From an uncultured Chloroflexia bacterium (lineage in GTDB: Bacteria; Chloroflexota; Chloroflexia; QHBQ01; JAICKM01), in contig CAWARZ010000002.1 in assembly GCA_963784695.1 (NCBI GenBank), positions 2,395,513 to 2,459,512 of the forward strand: a stretch of DNA of 64,000 bases, in the 5' to 3' direction. Positions within the stretch are counted from its first letter, which is position 1; each line of letters starts with the position of its first letter. Of this stretch, positions 36,733-45,725 are shown piece by piece. The notes below the pieces were generated by a model that saw nothing but the letters and a program-made list of their open reading frames with translations, did no database searches and was not told the origin of the DNA. The position numbers were made by a program, and so were the translations under genes.

Positions 36733-37008
36733 TTATTGCTCCCGGGTCAGCGGCACGGGCACCTCGTCAACCGTCACGCGGTCGTCGGCCGCGGGGAAGT
36801 GCACTGTGGAGCGGGCGACGACGGCGTGGACCTGGCCGTCCGCTTCGAAGGTGCCTGTCAGCGTAATGTCGTGCGGGAGGGCGCGCGTTTCCGTCGCCAC
36901 CTCCCGGCCGTCGATGTGCAGGCTCAGCGTCTTGTTCCAGTTGTTGCGGATCAGCTCGATTTTGTGACCGCGATACGTGCCGGCGTAGCGGTCGCCGGTG
37001 ATCCCCAT
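36733..37008 (-). CDS. Hypothetical small protein (91 aa)
   Basis: ATG 37008 follows AGGAGGA. MGITGDRYAGTYRGHKIELIRNNWNKTLSLHIDGREVATE... No family recognised. Confidence 0.45.
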   Translation of the reverse strand: MGITGDRYAGTYRGHKIELIRNNWNKTLSLHIDGREVATETRALPHDITLTGTFEADGQVHAVVARSTVHFPAADDRVTVDEVPVPLTREQ

Positions 37009-37130
37009 GGCTGCATCCTCCTGTGTATGGCCCCGAAGCCGCCGGGCACGCGGGCGCCCATGACGCCCATTATAGCGAATCCGCGGGGACTCGAGGTCCG
37101 GGGCCCCTCGTCGCTTCGGGTGTGCCGCGG

Positions 37131-37160
37131 TTGACAAACCCCCCCCCCATTCGGTAGCAT
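37131..37160 (+). promoter_or_regulatory. Candidate promoter of the glycan cluster, with a C10 homopolymer in the spacer
   Basis: TTGACA (37131-37136), 18-nt spacer containing ten consecutive C (37139-37148), TAGCAT (37155-37160). Confidence 0.5.
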
Positions 37161-37247
37161 AGCAGGGCGCGCGGACGACACGCCGGGCGCGAGGACGGGA
37201 TGCGGCGCGGCCCGTGGGCGCGCCGCCCCGGCGAAAGAGGGAGCACG

Positions 37248-38252
37248 GTGCAGAGTCTGGAAGAGCAGAGTGCAGGCGTCGTAAACACGCCGCCCGCCCC
37301 GCCGGCCGCGCCCGCGCGCTGGCGCCGCATGCGCGGGCTGCTCGGCAACACCCGGCTGCGTCGCACCCTGCAGATCGGCGTCATCGGCCTCGTCTTCTTC
37401 TTTCTCGCCCTCTATCTGTGGCGCATGTGGCCCGAAATCCGCGCCTATCCCTGGCACGTCGAATGGGGCTACGTCATCCTCGGCTTCGTCCTCCTCATGG
37501 CCCGCGGGCCAATCATCTGCCTCGGCTGGCGGCTCATCCTCCGTGATATGGGCTACCCGCTGCCCTGGCCGACCGCGATCCGCATCTACTTCTACTCCGG
37601 CCTCGCCAAGTACATGCCGGGCTCGCTCTGGTACGCGGTCGGCCGCGTCGTGCTCGCCGAACAGGCGGGCGTGCCCAAGATGGTCACCTCAGTCAGCGTC
37701 GCGCTGGAGACCGCGCTGGTCACGGTCGCCTCGATCATGGTCGGCGCGCTCGCGCTGACGGTGCGGACCGACGTGCCCTGGTGGGCGCTGGCGATCGTGC
37801 TCGCCGGGCTGCTGGTCTTCCTGGCCTGGCCGCGCCCCTGGTTCGCGCTAATGAACCGCGGCCTGGTGCTCATCGGCCGCGCCCCCGTGACGATCCGCAT
37901 CTCCGGCCGCCATTTGCTGCTGCTCTTGCCGCCGTTCGTGCTCAGCTGGGTGGCCTACGGCTTCATCTCCTTCTTCTGGACGGCGGCCCTCTACCCCCCG
38001 CTGCCCTGGAGCGACTGGCCAGCCATCACCGGCCTCTACACCGCCGCCTGGGTGATCGGCTTCCTAACCCTGCTCGTGCCCAACGGCTGGGGCGTGCGCG
38101 AGGGCCTGCTCATCGGCTTCCTGTCGAACCTGCTTGGCCTGCCTGGTGTCGTCGCGATCGGCGCGGCGCTGCTGTCGCGCCTCGGCTCGGTCATCGGCGA
38201 GGCCGGCTGGGCGGCGATCGCCTGGAGCATCAAGCCGCCCCGCCGCTCCTGA
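37248..38252 (+). CDS. Lysylphosphatidylglycerol-synthase-TM-like / flippase-like membrane protein (UPF0104)
   Basis: GTG 37248 lies 5 nt after GAGGGAG. It has 8 or so TM segments with YFYSGLAKYMPGSLWYAVGRVVL and PNGWGVREGLLIGFL, typical of this family. Confidence 0.7.
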   Translation: MQSLEEQSAGVVNTPPAPPAAPARWRRMRGLLGNTRLRRTLQIGVIGLVFFFLALYLWRMWPEIRAYPWHVEWGYVILGFVLLMARGPIICLGWRLILRDMGYPLPWPTAIRIYFYSGLAKYMPGSLWYAVGRVVLAEQAGVPKMVTSVSVALETALVTVASIMVGALALTVRTDVPWWALAIVLAGLLVFLAWPRPWFALMNRGLVLIGRAPVTIRISGRHLLLLLPPFVLSWVAYGFISFFWTAALYPPLPWSDWPAITGLYTAAWVIGFLTLLVPNGWGVREGLLIGFLSNLLGLPGVVAIGAALLSRLGSVIGEAGWAAIAWSIKPPRRS

Positions 38253-38269
38253 GCCGCGGGCCTACCCGG

Positions 38270-39508
38270 ATGCGCATCCTCCACCTGATCTACGACGATC
38301 TCGGCAATCCCTGGCTGGGCGGTGGCGGCGCCGTGCGCACCTTCGAGATCAACCGCCGCCTGGCCGCGCGCGGCCACCAGGTCGTCGTCGGCTGCGGCGC
38401 CTACCCCGGCGCGCCGCGCACCACCGTGCGCGCCGGCGTGCTCTACATCCGCGTGGGCGGCCGGCCGCGCGGCTACACGGCCAGCCGGCTGCGCTACGTC
38501 TGGGGCGTGGGTGCCTTGCTGAAAGGCCTGGCCTATGATATAGTGATCGAAGATGTCTCGCCGTACAGCCCGGTGTTCGCGCCGCTGCGGGCACGCCGTG
38601 GCGCGGCCGCGGTCGCCAGCGTGCAGAACCTCTCGGGGGCACACGCGCTGCGCAAGTACGGCTGGGGACCACGCGGTTGGGTCCCCCGGCTGGTGGAGCG
38701 CCCGCTACTGCGCCGGTTCTCCCATGTCATCGCGGTGTCGCCGGGGATTGCCGACGCCTTGCGCCCCTGGTGGCGCGCGGACCCGGACGGCAGGCTCGTG
38801 GTGATTCCGAACAGCACCGGCCCGGGATTCGCGGCCGGCCCGGCGCCGGCCGGGCGGCCCCAGGCGCCGGTGATCCTGTTCCTGGCGCGGTTGGACCTCT
38901 ATCAGAAGGGAGTCGACACGCTGCTGCAGGCCTACGCGGCGGCCGCCGCCCGCATGCCGGGGGTTCGCCTGGAACTGGCTGGTGCCGCCACGCCGGAGGC
39001 GATCACGCAGGTGCGCGCCTGGGCGAGTGCTGCGGGGCTGCCGGTCGTGCAGGCCGCGCCCGGCGCGCTGGTGCCCGCCTCCACGCCGCTCGTGGTGCTG
39101 CGCGGCAAGCTCGATCCCGCGGAGGCCGCGGCCGCGCTCGCGTCGGCGCTTTTCCTGGCGCTGCCCTCCCGCTACGAGGCCTGGCCGATCGTCGCCGTCG
39201 AAGCGGCGGCCTGCGGCAAGCCGGTCCTCGGCACCGACGTGGTCGGCGTGCGCGATGCCGCGCCGGCCACGGCGCACGGCTATCTCGTGCCGCCCGACGA
39301 CCCGGCCGCGCTGGCTGAGGGCATGGTAGCCCTGGCGACCGACTCAGCCCTGCGCGCCGCGCTCGGCGCCCGCGGGCGGGCCTGGGCGGCCGGCTTCAAC
39401 TGGGACACCCTGGCCGCGCGACAGGAGCAGTTCTACGAAGACGTGCTGGCCCAGCGTGCGTCCCCGCCCCGCGGCGGGCGCCCGGGCCGGGCGGCCGGCC
39501 CACAATGA
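38270..39508 (+). CDS. Glycosyltransferase family 4 (GT-B)
   Basis: MRILHLIYDDLGNPWLGGGGAVRTFEINRRLAARGH (GT4 N-terminal) and PSRYEAWPIVAVEAAACGKPVLGTDVVGVRD (E-x7-E region). Confidence 0.8.
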   Translation: MRILHLIYDDLGNPWLGGGGAVRTFEINRRLAARGHQVVVGCGAYPGAPRTTVRAGVLYIRVGGRPRGYTASRLRYVWGVGALLKGLAYDIVIEDVSPYSPVFAPLRARRGAAAVASVQNLSGAHALRKYGWGPRGWVPRLVERPLLRRFSHVIAVSPGIADALRPWWRADPDGRLVVIPNSTGPGFAAGPAPAGRPQAPVILFLARLDLYQKGVDTLLQAYAAAAARMPGVRLELAGAATPEAITQVRAWASAAGLPVVQAAPGALVPASTPLVVLRGKLDPAEAAAALASALFLALPSRYEAWPIVAVEAAACGKPVLGTDVVGVRDAAPATAHGYLVPPDDPAALAEGMVALATDSALRAALGARGRAWAAGFNWDTLAARQEQFYEDVLAQRASPPRGGRPGRAAGPQ

Positions 39509-40641
39509 TCCTGTTCATCACCCGCAAGCATCCGCCCTCTATCGGCGGCATGCAGAAGCTGAGCCAGAGCCTCACCGTCGAAGTGGGGAAGCTGGCGCCC
39601 ACAACCACGATCTCCTGGGGCTATTCGACGCTCTTCCTGCCGCTCTTCCTGCTCTATGCCCTGGCCGGCGCCACGCTTACCATCCTGTTCAACCGCCGCA
39701 TCCAGGTTGTCCACCTCAGCGATGCGCTGCTCGCGCCGCTCGGCGTCTTCTTGAAGACCCTCTTCCGCGTGCCGGTCGTGGTCACCGTCCACGGGCTCGA
39801 CATCACCTTCAACAACCGCCTCTACCAGTGGCTGATCCCCGGCTGGCTGGCGCGCATGGACAAGCTCATCTGCGTCAGCAGCTACACGCGCGACCAGTGC
39901 ATCCGGCGCGGTATCCCGGCCGACATCTGCGAGGTGATCCCGAACGGCGTGAACATGGCCGAATTCGCCTGCAACTTCTCCGAGGAGGGCGTGGCCGCCG
40001 TCGAGGCCGCCGTGGGGCGGCGCCTCCAAGGCCGTAAGGCGCTGCTGACTGTCGGCCGGCTGATCGAGCGCAAGGGCGTCGTCCACTTCCTCGACAAGAT
40101 CTACCCGCGCGTGCTGGCGCGCTGCCCCGACACCTGCTACCTGATCGTCGGCGACGGCCCGCTGCGCGAGATCATCGAGACGCGCATCGCCAGCCTCCAC
40201 CTGGAGGATCACGTCGCCCTGCTCGGACAGGTCGACGATGCGGCGCTCAAGGCGGCGTATCACCTGGCCGCGCTCTTCGTGATGCCCAACGTGCCCGTGC
40301 CGAACGACATCGAGGGCTTCGGCCTCGTCGCCCTCGAGGCCGGCGCGGCCGAGCGCTACGTCATCGCCTCGCGCCTCGACGGCATCCCCGAGGCCGTCGT
40401 CTCGCCCGAGAACGGCCTGCTCATCGACCCGGGCGACGCCGACGCTTTCGCCGACGCCATTGTCGGCCTCCTGGAGGACGACGCGCTCCGCGCCGAGCAG
40501 GGCCGGCGGGCGCGGGAGTATGTGCGCCACCACTATAGCTGGGACATCATCGCCCGGCGCTACAACGCCGTCTTCCGCGACGTGGTGCGCGCCGCGGTCG
40601 AGCGGGGAGACTTGCCGCGTCGCCGCCGCGCCGCCCGGTGA
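39505..40641 (+). CDS. Glycosyltransferase family 4 (GT-B)
   Basis: MILFITRKHPPSIGGMQK..VVTVHGLD..LLTVGRLIERKG..MPNVPVPNDIEGFGLVALEAGAAERYVIAS. The start overlaps the previous stop. Confidence 0.85.
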   Translation: MILFITRKHPPSIGGMQKLSQSLTVEVGKLAPTTTISWGYSTLFLPLFLLYALAGATLTILFNRRIQVVHLSDALLAPLGVFLKTLFRVPVVVTVHGLDITFNNRLYQWLIPGWLARMDKLICVSSYTRDQCIRRGIPADICEVIPNGVNMAEFACNFSEEGVAAVEAAVGRRLQGRKALLTVGRLIERKGVVHFLDKIYPRVLARCPDTCYLIVGDGPLREIIETRIASLHLEDHVALLGQVDDAALKAAYHLAALFVMPNVPVPNDIEGFGLVALEAGAAERYVIASRLDGIPEAVVSPENGLLIDPGDADAFADAIVGLLEDDALRAEQGRRAREYVRHHYSWDIIARRYNAVFRDVVRAAVERGDLPRRRRAAR

Positions 40642-41855
40642 CCTCCCTCGCGATCCTCGGCTGGTACGGCAGCCCCAACCTCGGCGACGAGGCCGAGCTG
40701 GCCGCAATCCTCGCGGCCCTGGCCCGCCTGCCCCATCCGCCCCACGCCACCGTCTTCTCGATCGCTCCCGCGCGCACGCAGGCGCAGCACGGCGCCTACC
40801 CCGGCGGCCTGACCGCCCTGCCGCGCAATCCGCTGGCGCCCGCCGCGCTGCGTGCCCTGCGCCGCGCCCGCGTGCTGATCCTCGGCGGCGGTGGCCTGAT
40901 CCAGGATCAGACCAGCATCTACAACCTGCCGATTTTCACGGCCTTTGCGCTGCTGGCACGGGCCCGCGGCTGCGCGCTGCAGTGGTGGGGGGTCGGCGTC
41001 GAGCCACTTGTGACGCCGTTCGGCCGGGCGCAGGCCCGCCTGCTCGTGCGCCTCGCCGCGCCGGGCGCCGCCGGCTTGCGCGACGCCAACTCGGCGCGCC
41101 TGCTGCGCGGCGCCGGAGCGCCCCACGCCCGCCTCCGCGTCAGCGCCGACCCCGCCGTGATGCTGGATCCCGCCTCGGCTCCCGCTCCGCCGGTCAGAGC
41201 CGGCGTGGGCCCGCGCGTGGCCTTCTGCCTGCGCGACCTGCCCAACAACCCGCGTGGTGCCGGCCTCGGCTATCTGCTGCCCGTAGCCCTGCAGAAGCGC
41301 TTCGGCCTCGGCGGCCGCGCTGCGGCGGCCCACGGCCGGCGGGCCGCGGCCTTCTACGCGCTCCTCGCGGCGGCGGCCGACCATGCGGTCACCGCCTGGG
41401 ACGCGCAGGTCGTCTTCGTGCCGTTCTGGCCGGGCCGCGACGATGCGATCGCCGCCGACGTACGCGCGCGCATGCGGCACCCGGATGCGGCGACGGTGCT
41501 GGGGGCCGTCGACTCGCCCGCCGCGATGCGCGCGCTGCTGGGCACGATGGATCTGGTCGTCGGGATGCGCCTGCACGCGCTCATCTTCGCCGCCATGGCC
41601 GGCGTGCCGGTCGTCGGCTTCGGCTACGCGCAGAAGGTGCCCGCCTTCCTGGCCCGCATCGGCCAGGCCCGCTTCGCCCTCGATCCGGCGACCGTGCAGG
41701 GGGTGGACGTCACGGCGGCGCTGGACGCCGCCTGGCAGGACCGCGCCGCGATCCGCGCCGAACTGGCGGGGCGAGGGACGGCGCTGCGCGCGGCCGCGGC
41801 GGCGGATGCGCGGGTGGCCGCGCGGTTGCTCGGGGAGGGTGGGGCTAAGAGGTGA
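40638..41855 (+). CDS. Polysaccharide pyruvyl transferase (CsaB-like)
   Basis: ILGWYGSPNLGDEAELAAIL..LILGGGGLIQDQTSIYNLPIF..RLHALIFAAMAGVPVVGFGYAQK. Confidence 0.8.
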   Translation: MTSLAILGWYGSPNLGDEAELAAILAALARLPHPPHATVFSIAPARTQAQHGAYPGGLTALPRNPLAPAALRALRRARVLILGGGGLIQDQTSIYNLPIFTAFALLARARGCALQWWGVGVEPLVTPFGRAQARLLVRLAAPGAAGLRDANSARLLRGAGAPHARLRVSADPAVMLDPASAPAPPVRAGVGPRVAFCLRDLPNNPRGAGLGYLLPVALQKRFGLGGRAAAAHGRRAAAFYALLAAAADHAVTAWDAQVVFVPFWPGRDDAIAADVRARMRHPDAATVLGAVDSPAAMRALLGTMDLVVGMRLHALIFAAMAGVPVVGFGYAQKVPAFLARIGQARFALDPATVQGVDVTAALDAAWQDRAAIRAELAGRGTALRAAAAADARVAARLLGEGGAKR

Positions 41856-43020
41856 GGCCGCGCGCGGCAAGCTCGGCGTGCGCGTCCTCCAGGCGGTCGG
41901 CGGGCTGCTCGGTGCGCACCCAGGCCAGCAGGTCCTGCAGGCCCTCCTCGAAGGACACCTGCGGCGCGTAGCCCAGCACCTGCTGCGCCAGGCCGATGTC
42001 GGCGTAGCAGTGGCGGATGTCGCCAACGCGGAAGCGGCCGGTGACCTCGGGCGCGATCGGCTTGCCCAGGCCCGCGGCCAGGAGATCGGCCACCCGCCCA
42101 ATGGGCGTCGGGCGGCCCGTGCCGATGTTGATCGCCTGGTAGTCGGCCGTGGGGCTCTCCATGGCCAGCAGATTGGCCTGCACGATGTCGCGCACGTGCA
42201 CGAAGTCGCGCAGTTGCCGCCCGTCCTCGTAGAGGAGCGGCGGCTTGTCGTTAAGCAGCCGGCTGCTGAAGATGGCCGCCGCGCCCGTGTAGGGGTTCGA
42301 CAGGGCCTGCCGCGGGCCGTAGATGTTGAAGTAGCGCAGCGCCACCGTCGGGATGCCGTACGCGCGCCCCAGCGTCAGGCTGAGCTCTTCCTGGTCGCGT
42401 TTCGTGATCGCGTAAACCGAGGTAGGGAAGAGCGGCTTGCTCTCCGCCGTCGCCGCGGGCGCCACCGTGTGCCCGCAGATGGGGCAGGTCATCTCCCAGA
42501 TGCGCGCCTGCAACTGCGCCTCGGGCCGCAACGGCGGGTAAACGCGGCCGTGCTCCGGGCAGGTGTAGGCGCCTTCGCCGTAGATCGACATCGACGAGGC
42601 GACGACGACCTTCTCCACCGCGCCGCGATCGACGGCGAGCAACTCGAGCAGCACCGCGGTGCCGAGCGTGTTCGCGCGCGTGTAGCGCACGATCTCGTAC
42701 ATCGACTGGGCCACCCCGACCTCGGCAGCCTCGTGGAAGACCACCTCGACGCCCGCCAGCGCCTCGCGCAGCAGCGGTCCGTCCGCGATGTCCGCGCGGA
42801 TGAACTCGGCGGCCGGATTGACATAACGGGGCCGCCCGTCGGGGCCGTAGGGCTGGGAGCCGTGCACCTGGGGCACCAGGGCGTCGAGCACGCGCACCGT
42901 GTGCCCGCGCTCCACGAGCGCGTCGACCAGGTGGGAGCCGACGAAGCCCGCGCCGCCGAGCACGAGCACGCGCCGCGGCCGGGCTGCGGACGTGGGGGCA
43001 GGCGTGGGACCGGCGCTCAT
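41845..43020 (-). CDS. NAD-dependent epimerase/dehydratase (extended SDR) with a Cys/His insertion
   Basis: ATG 43020. VLVLGGAGFVGSHLVDAL is the Rossmann motif and SVYAITK the catalytic YxxxK. The insertion is CPEHG-x20-CPICGH (42469-42561). Confidence 0.85.
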   Translation of the reverse strand: MSAGPTPAPTSAARPRRVLVLGGAGFVGSHLVDALVERGHTVRVLDALVPQVHGSQPYGPDGRPRYVNPAAEFIRADIADGPLLREALAGVEVVFHEAAEVGVAQSMYEIVRYTRANTLGTAVLLELLAVDRGAVEKVVVASSMSIYGEGAYTCPEHGRVYPPLRPEAQLQARIWEMTCPICGHTVAPAATAESKPLFPTSVYAITKRDQEELSLTLGRAYGIPTVALRYFNIYGPRQALSNPYTGAAAIFSSRLLNDKPPLLYEDGRQLRDFVHVRDIVQANLLAMESPTADYQAINIGTGRPTPIGRVADLLAAGLGKPIAPEVTGRFRVGDIRHCYADIGLAQQVLGYAPQVSFEEGLQDLLAWVRTEQPADRLEDAHAELAARGLTS

Positions 43021-43799
43021 GAGCCGCTCTTCGCGGCCACGCCCGCGCGCCCGCGCTCGCCGTAGCGGCCCGCCGCGGCGTTGGCCCGGATGCGCATCAG
43101 CCCGCGGAAGGCCCGCACCGCATCGCGCAGCACGCGCACCTTCGTGCCCTCTTCGTCGCGCCAGACCACCGGCACCTCTTTGATCGGGTAGCCGCGCCGC
43201 TGCGCCAGGAAGAGGATCTCCGCGTCGAAGCTGAAATCGTTGATGCGCGCCCGCCGGAAGAGGTCGTGGGCAGCGCGCCGGCTGAAGACCTTGAACCCGC
43301 AGGTGACGTCGCTGATGCCGCGCGTCGCCAGCACGTCGCTGAGCCAGGTGAAGACCTTGCCCATGCGCTCGCGCCACCACGGCTGGTGGCGTACCACGTT
43401 CGCGCCGGCCATCTTGCGCGACCCGATCACCACGTCAAAGCCCTGGTCCATCCAGGGCCAGAACTTGTCAAGCTCCTCGGGCGGCGTCGACAGGTCGGCA
43501 TCGGTGAAGAGCACGAACTGGCCGCGGCTGGCCGGCATGCCGACCCGCAGGGCGTGGCCCTTGCCGCGGTTCGGCTCCGTCTCGATGACGCGGCTCTGCG
43601 CCACGTCGGCCAGAAGCTCGCGCGCCACGGCGGGCGTGTTGTCGGCGCTGCCGTCGTCCACGGCGATGATTTCGAAGCTGTAGGGCTGGGCGGCCAGATA
43701 GGAGATCAGGCGCGGCAGGCTCTGGCGCATGCGAGCCGCTTCGTTATACATGGGGATCACCACGGAGAGGCGCGGCTCCCCGGCTGCCGATTCGGGCAC
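43017..43799 (-). CDS. Glycosyltransferase family 2, polyprenyl-phosphate hexose synthase-like
   Basis: GTG 43799 follows AGGAGGTG. LSVVIPMYNEA..IIAVDDGSADNT..FTDADLS..GSRK. Confidence 0.85.
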   Translation of the reverse strand: MPESAAGEPRLSVVIPMYNEAARMRQSLPRLISYLAAQPYSFEIIAVDDGSADNTPAVARELLADVAQSRVIETEPNRGKGHALRVGMPASRGQFVLFTDADLSTPPEELDKFWPWMDQGFDVVIGSRKMAGANVVRHQPWWRERMGKVFTWLSDVLATRGISDVTCGFKVFSRRAAHDLFRRARINDFSFDAEILFLAQRRGYPIKEVPVVWRDEEGTKVRVLRDAVRAFRGLMRIRANAAAGRYGERGRAGVAAKSGS

Positions 43800-43955
43800 G
43801 GACACCTCCTGCTGCGGGCAACGTGGCACGCGCCGCCGGCGCCGTGCCACCGTCGAGAATACCACAATCCCGCGAAAGGCGTCAAGGAGCGCTAACGTGA
43901 GGTTCCGTGCCCCGGAAACGCCATGCGCGGCCCGTGCGGCGCCGCGCCCCGCCCG

Positions 43956-45725
43956 CTACGGCCCCTGCTGCGCCGCGACGAGCGCGGCAAGCGTCGGGTA
44001 GGCGACCAGGCGGCCCGCCTCGTAGCGCAGGAAGTAGGGGTGCGGCCCAATCTGCGCCGGGTCGGCCAGGGCCGCGGCGACCTGCGCGGCGTGCTCCCGG
44101 AGCTCGTAGCCATGGATCGCTGTGTAGTCCTGATAGGCGTAGCTCGGCGCCTCAGAGAAGCCCGAGTTGAAGAGCAGCACCCCGGCGTCGAAGTACGGCG
44201 GGTTCGCCATGTAGAACGTGGCCGGCCGCGGCGGATCGGGCACCAGCGCGCGGATCTGGGCGATCAGCCCGCGCGCCACCTCGCCCGAGGCCACCCAGCG
44301 CGCGTTCACGTCGACGGTGATCGCGCTCCAGACGACCAGCAGCGCCGCCGCGCCGACGGCGCCCACGGCCTGGCGCCGCCGCGCCAGCGCCCACGCGGCC
44401 AGCGCCGCCAGCAGGCAGACACCCAGCGACGGCACGTAGAACCAGCGGTCGGCCACCGAGTCGTAGGTCACCAGGGCGGTCGCGGGCACCCAGAGGACGG
44501 CGAAGAGCGCCGGGCGGCCCCAGGCGCGCACCGCGAGCACCGCGGCGACGAGCGCCACGAGGACCACGCCGAGCGAGACGGCGAGCGGCCAACCGGCGAT
44601 GTCGGCGGGCACCTGCCAGGCGCCGATGCCGACCAGCAGGTAGCCCGCCGCCGCGTCGAGCAGCGCGCGCGGGCTGAACTGCAGGTGCGCTGCCGTGCCG
44701 TACATCAGCCGCCCCAGATCGTTCAGATAGAGCCCGATCCGCAGGACGGCGTAGGCGGCGGCCAGCGCCAGGAACGGCGCCTGATCGCGCGCCAGCGCCA
44801 CGAGCCGCGGCAGCGGGGCACCGCGTGGCGACCGCGGCACGCGCAGACCCACGAGCAGCAGCGCCACGGGCGTCAGGCGCGACCAGAGCAGAGTGACCGG
44901 CGCGGTCGGGTCACCGCGTCCCAGCAGCACGAGCGGCACGACGAAGATGACCGCGAAGGCCGCCACGCGGGCGACGCCCTCCGCGGCATAGCGGGCCACG
45001 CCGCGCGCGACCGCCGGGGGCGGCGCCGCGGGCGGCGCGCCCGGGTCGGGCAGCAGCCAGTCGACCAGCAGCAGCGCCAGCGGCGTGATCAGGCCTGCTT
45101 CCTTGCCCAGGATCGACAGCCAGGTACCCGCCACGGCCAGCAGATACCAGCCCGCCTGCCGCCGCCCCCCGGCGCGCCAGCGCGCCAGCGCCCAGGCCGC
45201 CAGCGCCAAACCGAGCGCGAACGGCACATCCGCCCGCCCGCCAATCCAGGTGACCGCCTCCGGATGCGACGGCTGCACCGCGAACAGGGCCGCGCCCAGC
45301 AGCGGGATCCAGCGCTGCGCCATGCCGTCGCCGGGCCACCAGGCGCGCGCCAGGATGCCCAGCATGGCGGCGAACACCAGCGTGATCGCCACGTGCATCA
45401 GCAGTTGGGTCAGGTGCCAGCCGGGCGGGTTCGGCCCGAACAGCGCGTAGTCGCCCGCCCAGGTCAGCCAATTGAACGGGCGATACTGGGCGCGCCCGAG
45501 GGGGTTGAAAAAGTTGAGGATCGTCTCGGCCGTCTTCGGCACGACGTAATTGTAGTCGTCGCCCACCCAGAAGGCGTTCAGCGCGTTCAGGTAGGGCAGC
45601 ACGGCCAGCGCCCCGACCGCCGCGAGCCCCCAGCCCCAGGCCGCACGCGCGCGTAGAGCGGCCGCCGCGGCAGGCTGCGCGGCCGCGGCACCGGCCGCGG
45701 CGGTACCTGCGCTATTGGCGGGCAT
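43956..45725 (-). CDS. Polytopic membrane protein, GT-C-like glycosyltransferase (putative)
   Basis: 12 or more TM segments. The N-terminal loop motif FWVGDDYNYV resembles the Asp-containing first-loop motif of PMT/TMTC-type GT-C enzymes. Family assignment is tentative. Confidence 0.5.
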   Translation of the reverse strand: MPANSAGTAAAGAAAAQPAAAAALRARAAWGWGLAAVGALAVLPYLNALNAFWVGDDYNYVVPKTAETILNFFNPLGRAQYRPFNWLTWAGDYALFGPNPPGWHLTQLLMHVAITLVFAAMLGILARAWWPGDGMAQRWIPLLGAALFAVQPSHPEAVTWIGGRADVPFALGLALAAWALARWRAGGRRQAGWYLLAVAGTWLSILGKEAGLITPLALLLVDWLLPDPGAPPAAPPPAVARGVARYAAEGVARVAAFAVIFVVPLVLLGRGDPTAPVTLLWSRLTPVALLLVGLRVPRSPRGAPLPRLVALARDQAPFLALAAAYAVLRIGLYLNDLGRLMYGTAAHLQFSPRALLDAAAGYLLVGIGAWQVPADIAGWPLAVSLGVVLVALVAAVLAVRAWGRPALFAVLWVPATALVTYDSVADRWFYVPSLGVCLLAALAAWALARRRQAVGAVGAAALLVVWSAITVDVNARWVASGEVARGLIAQIRALVPDPPRPATFYMANPPYFDAGVLLFNSGFSEAPSYAYQDYTAIHGYELREHAAQVAAALADPAQIGPHPYFLRYEAGRLVAYPTLAALVAAQQGP

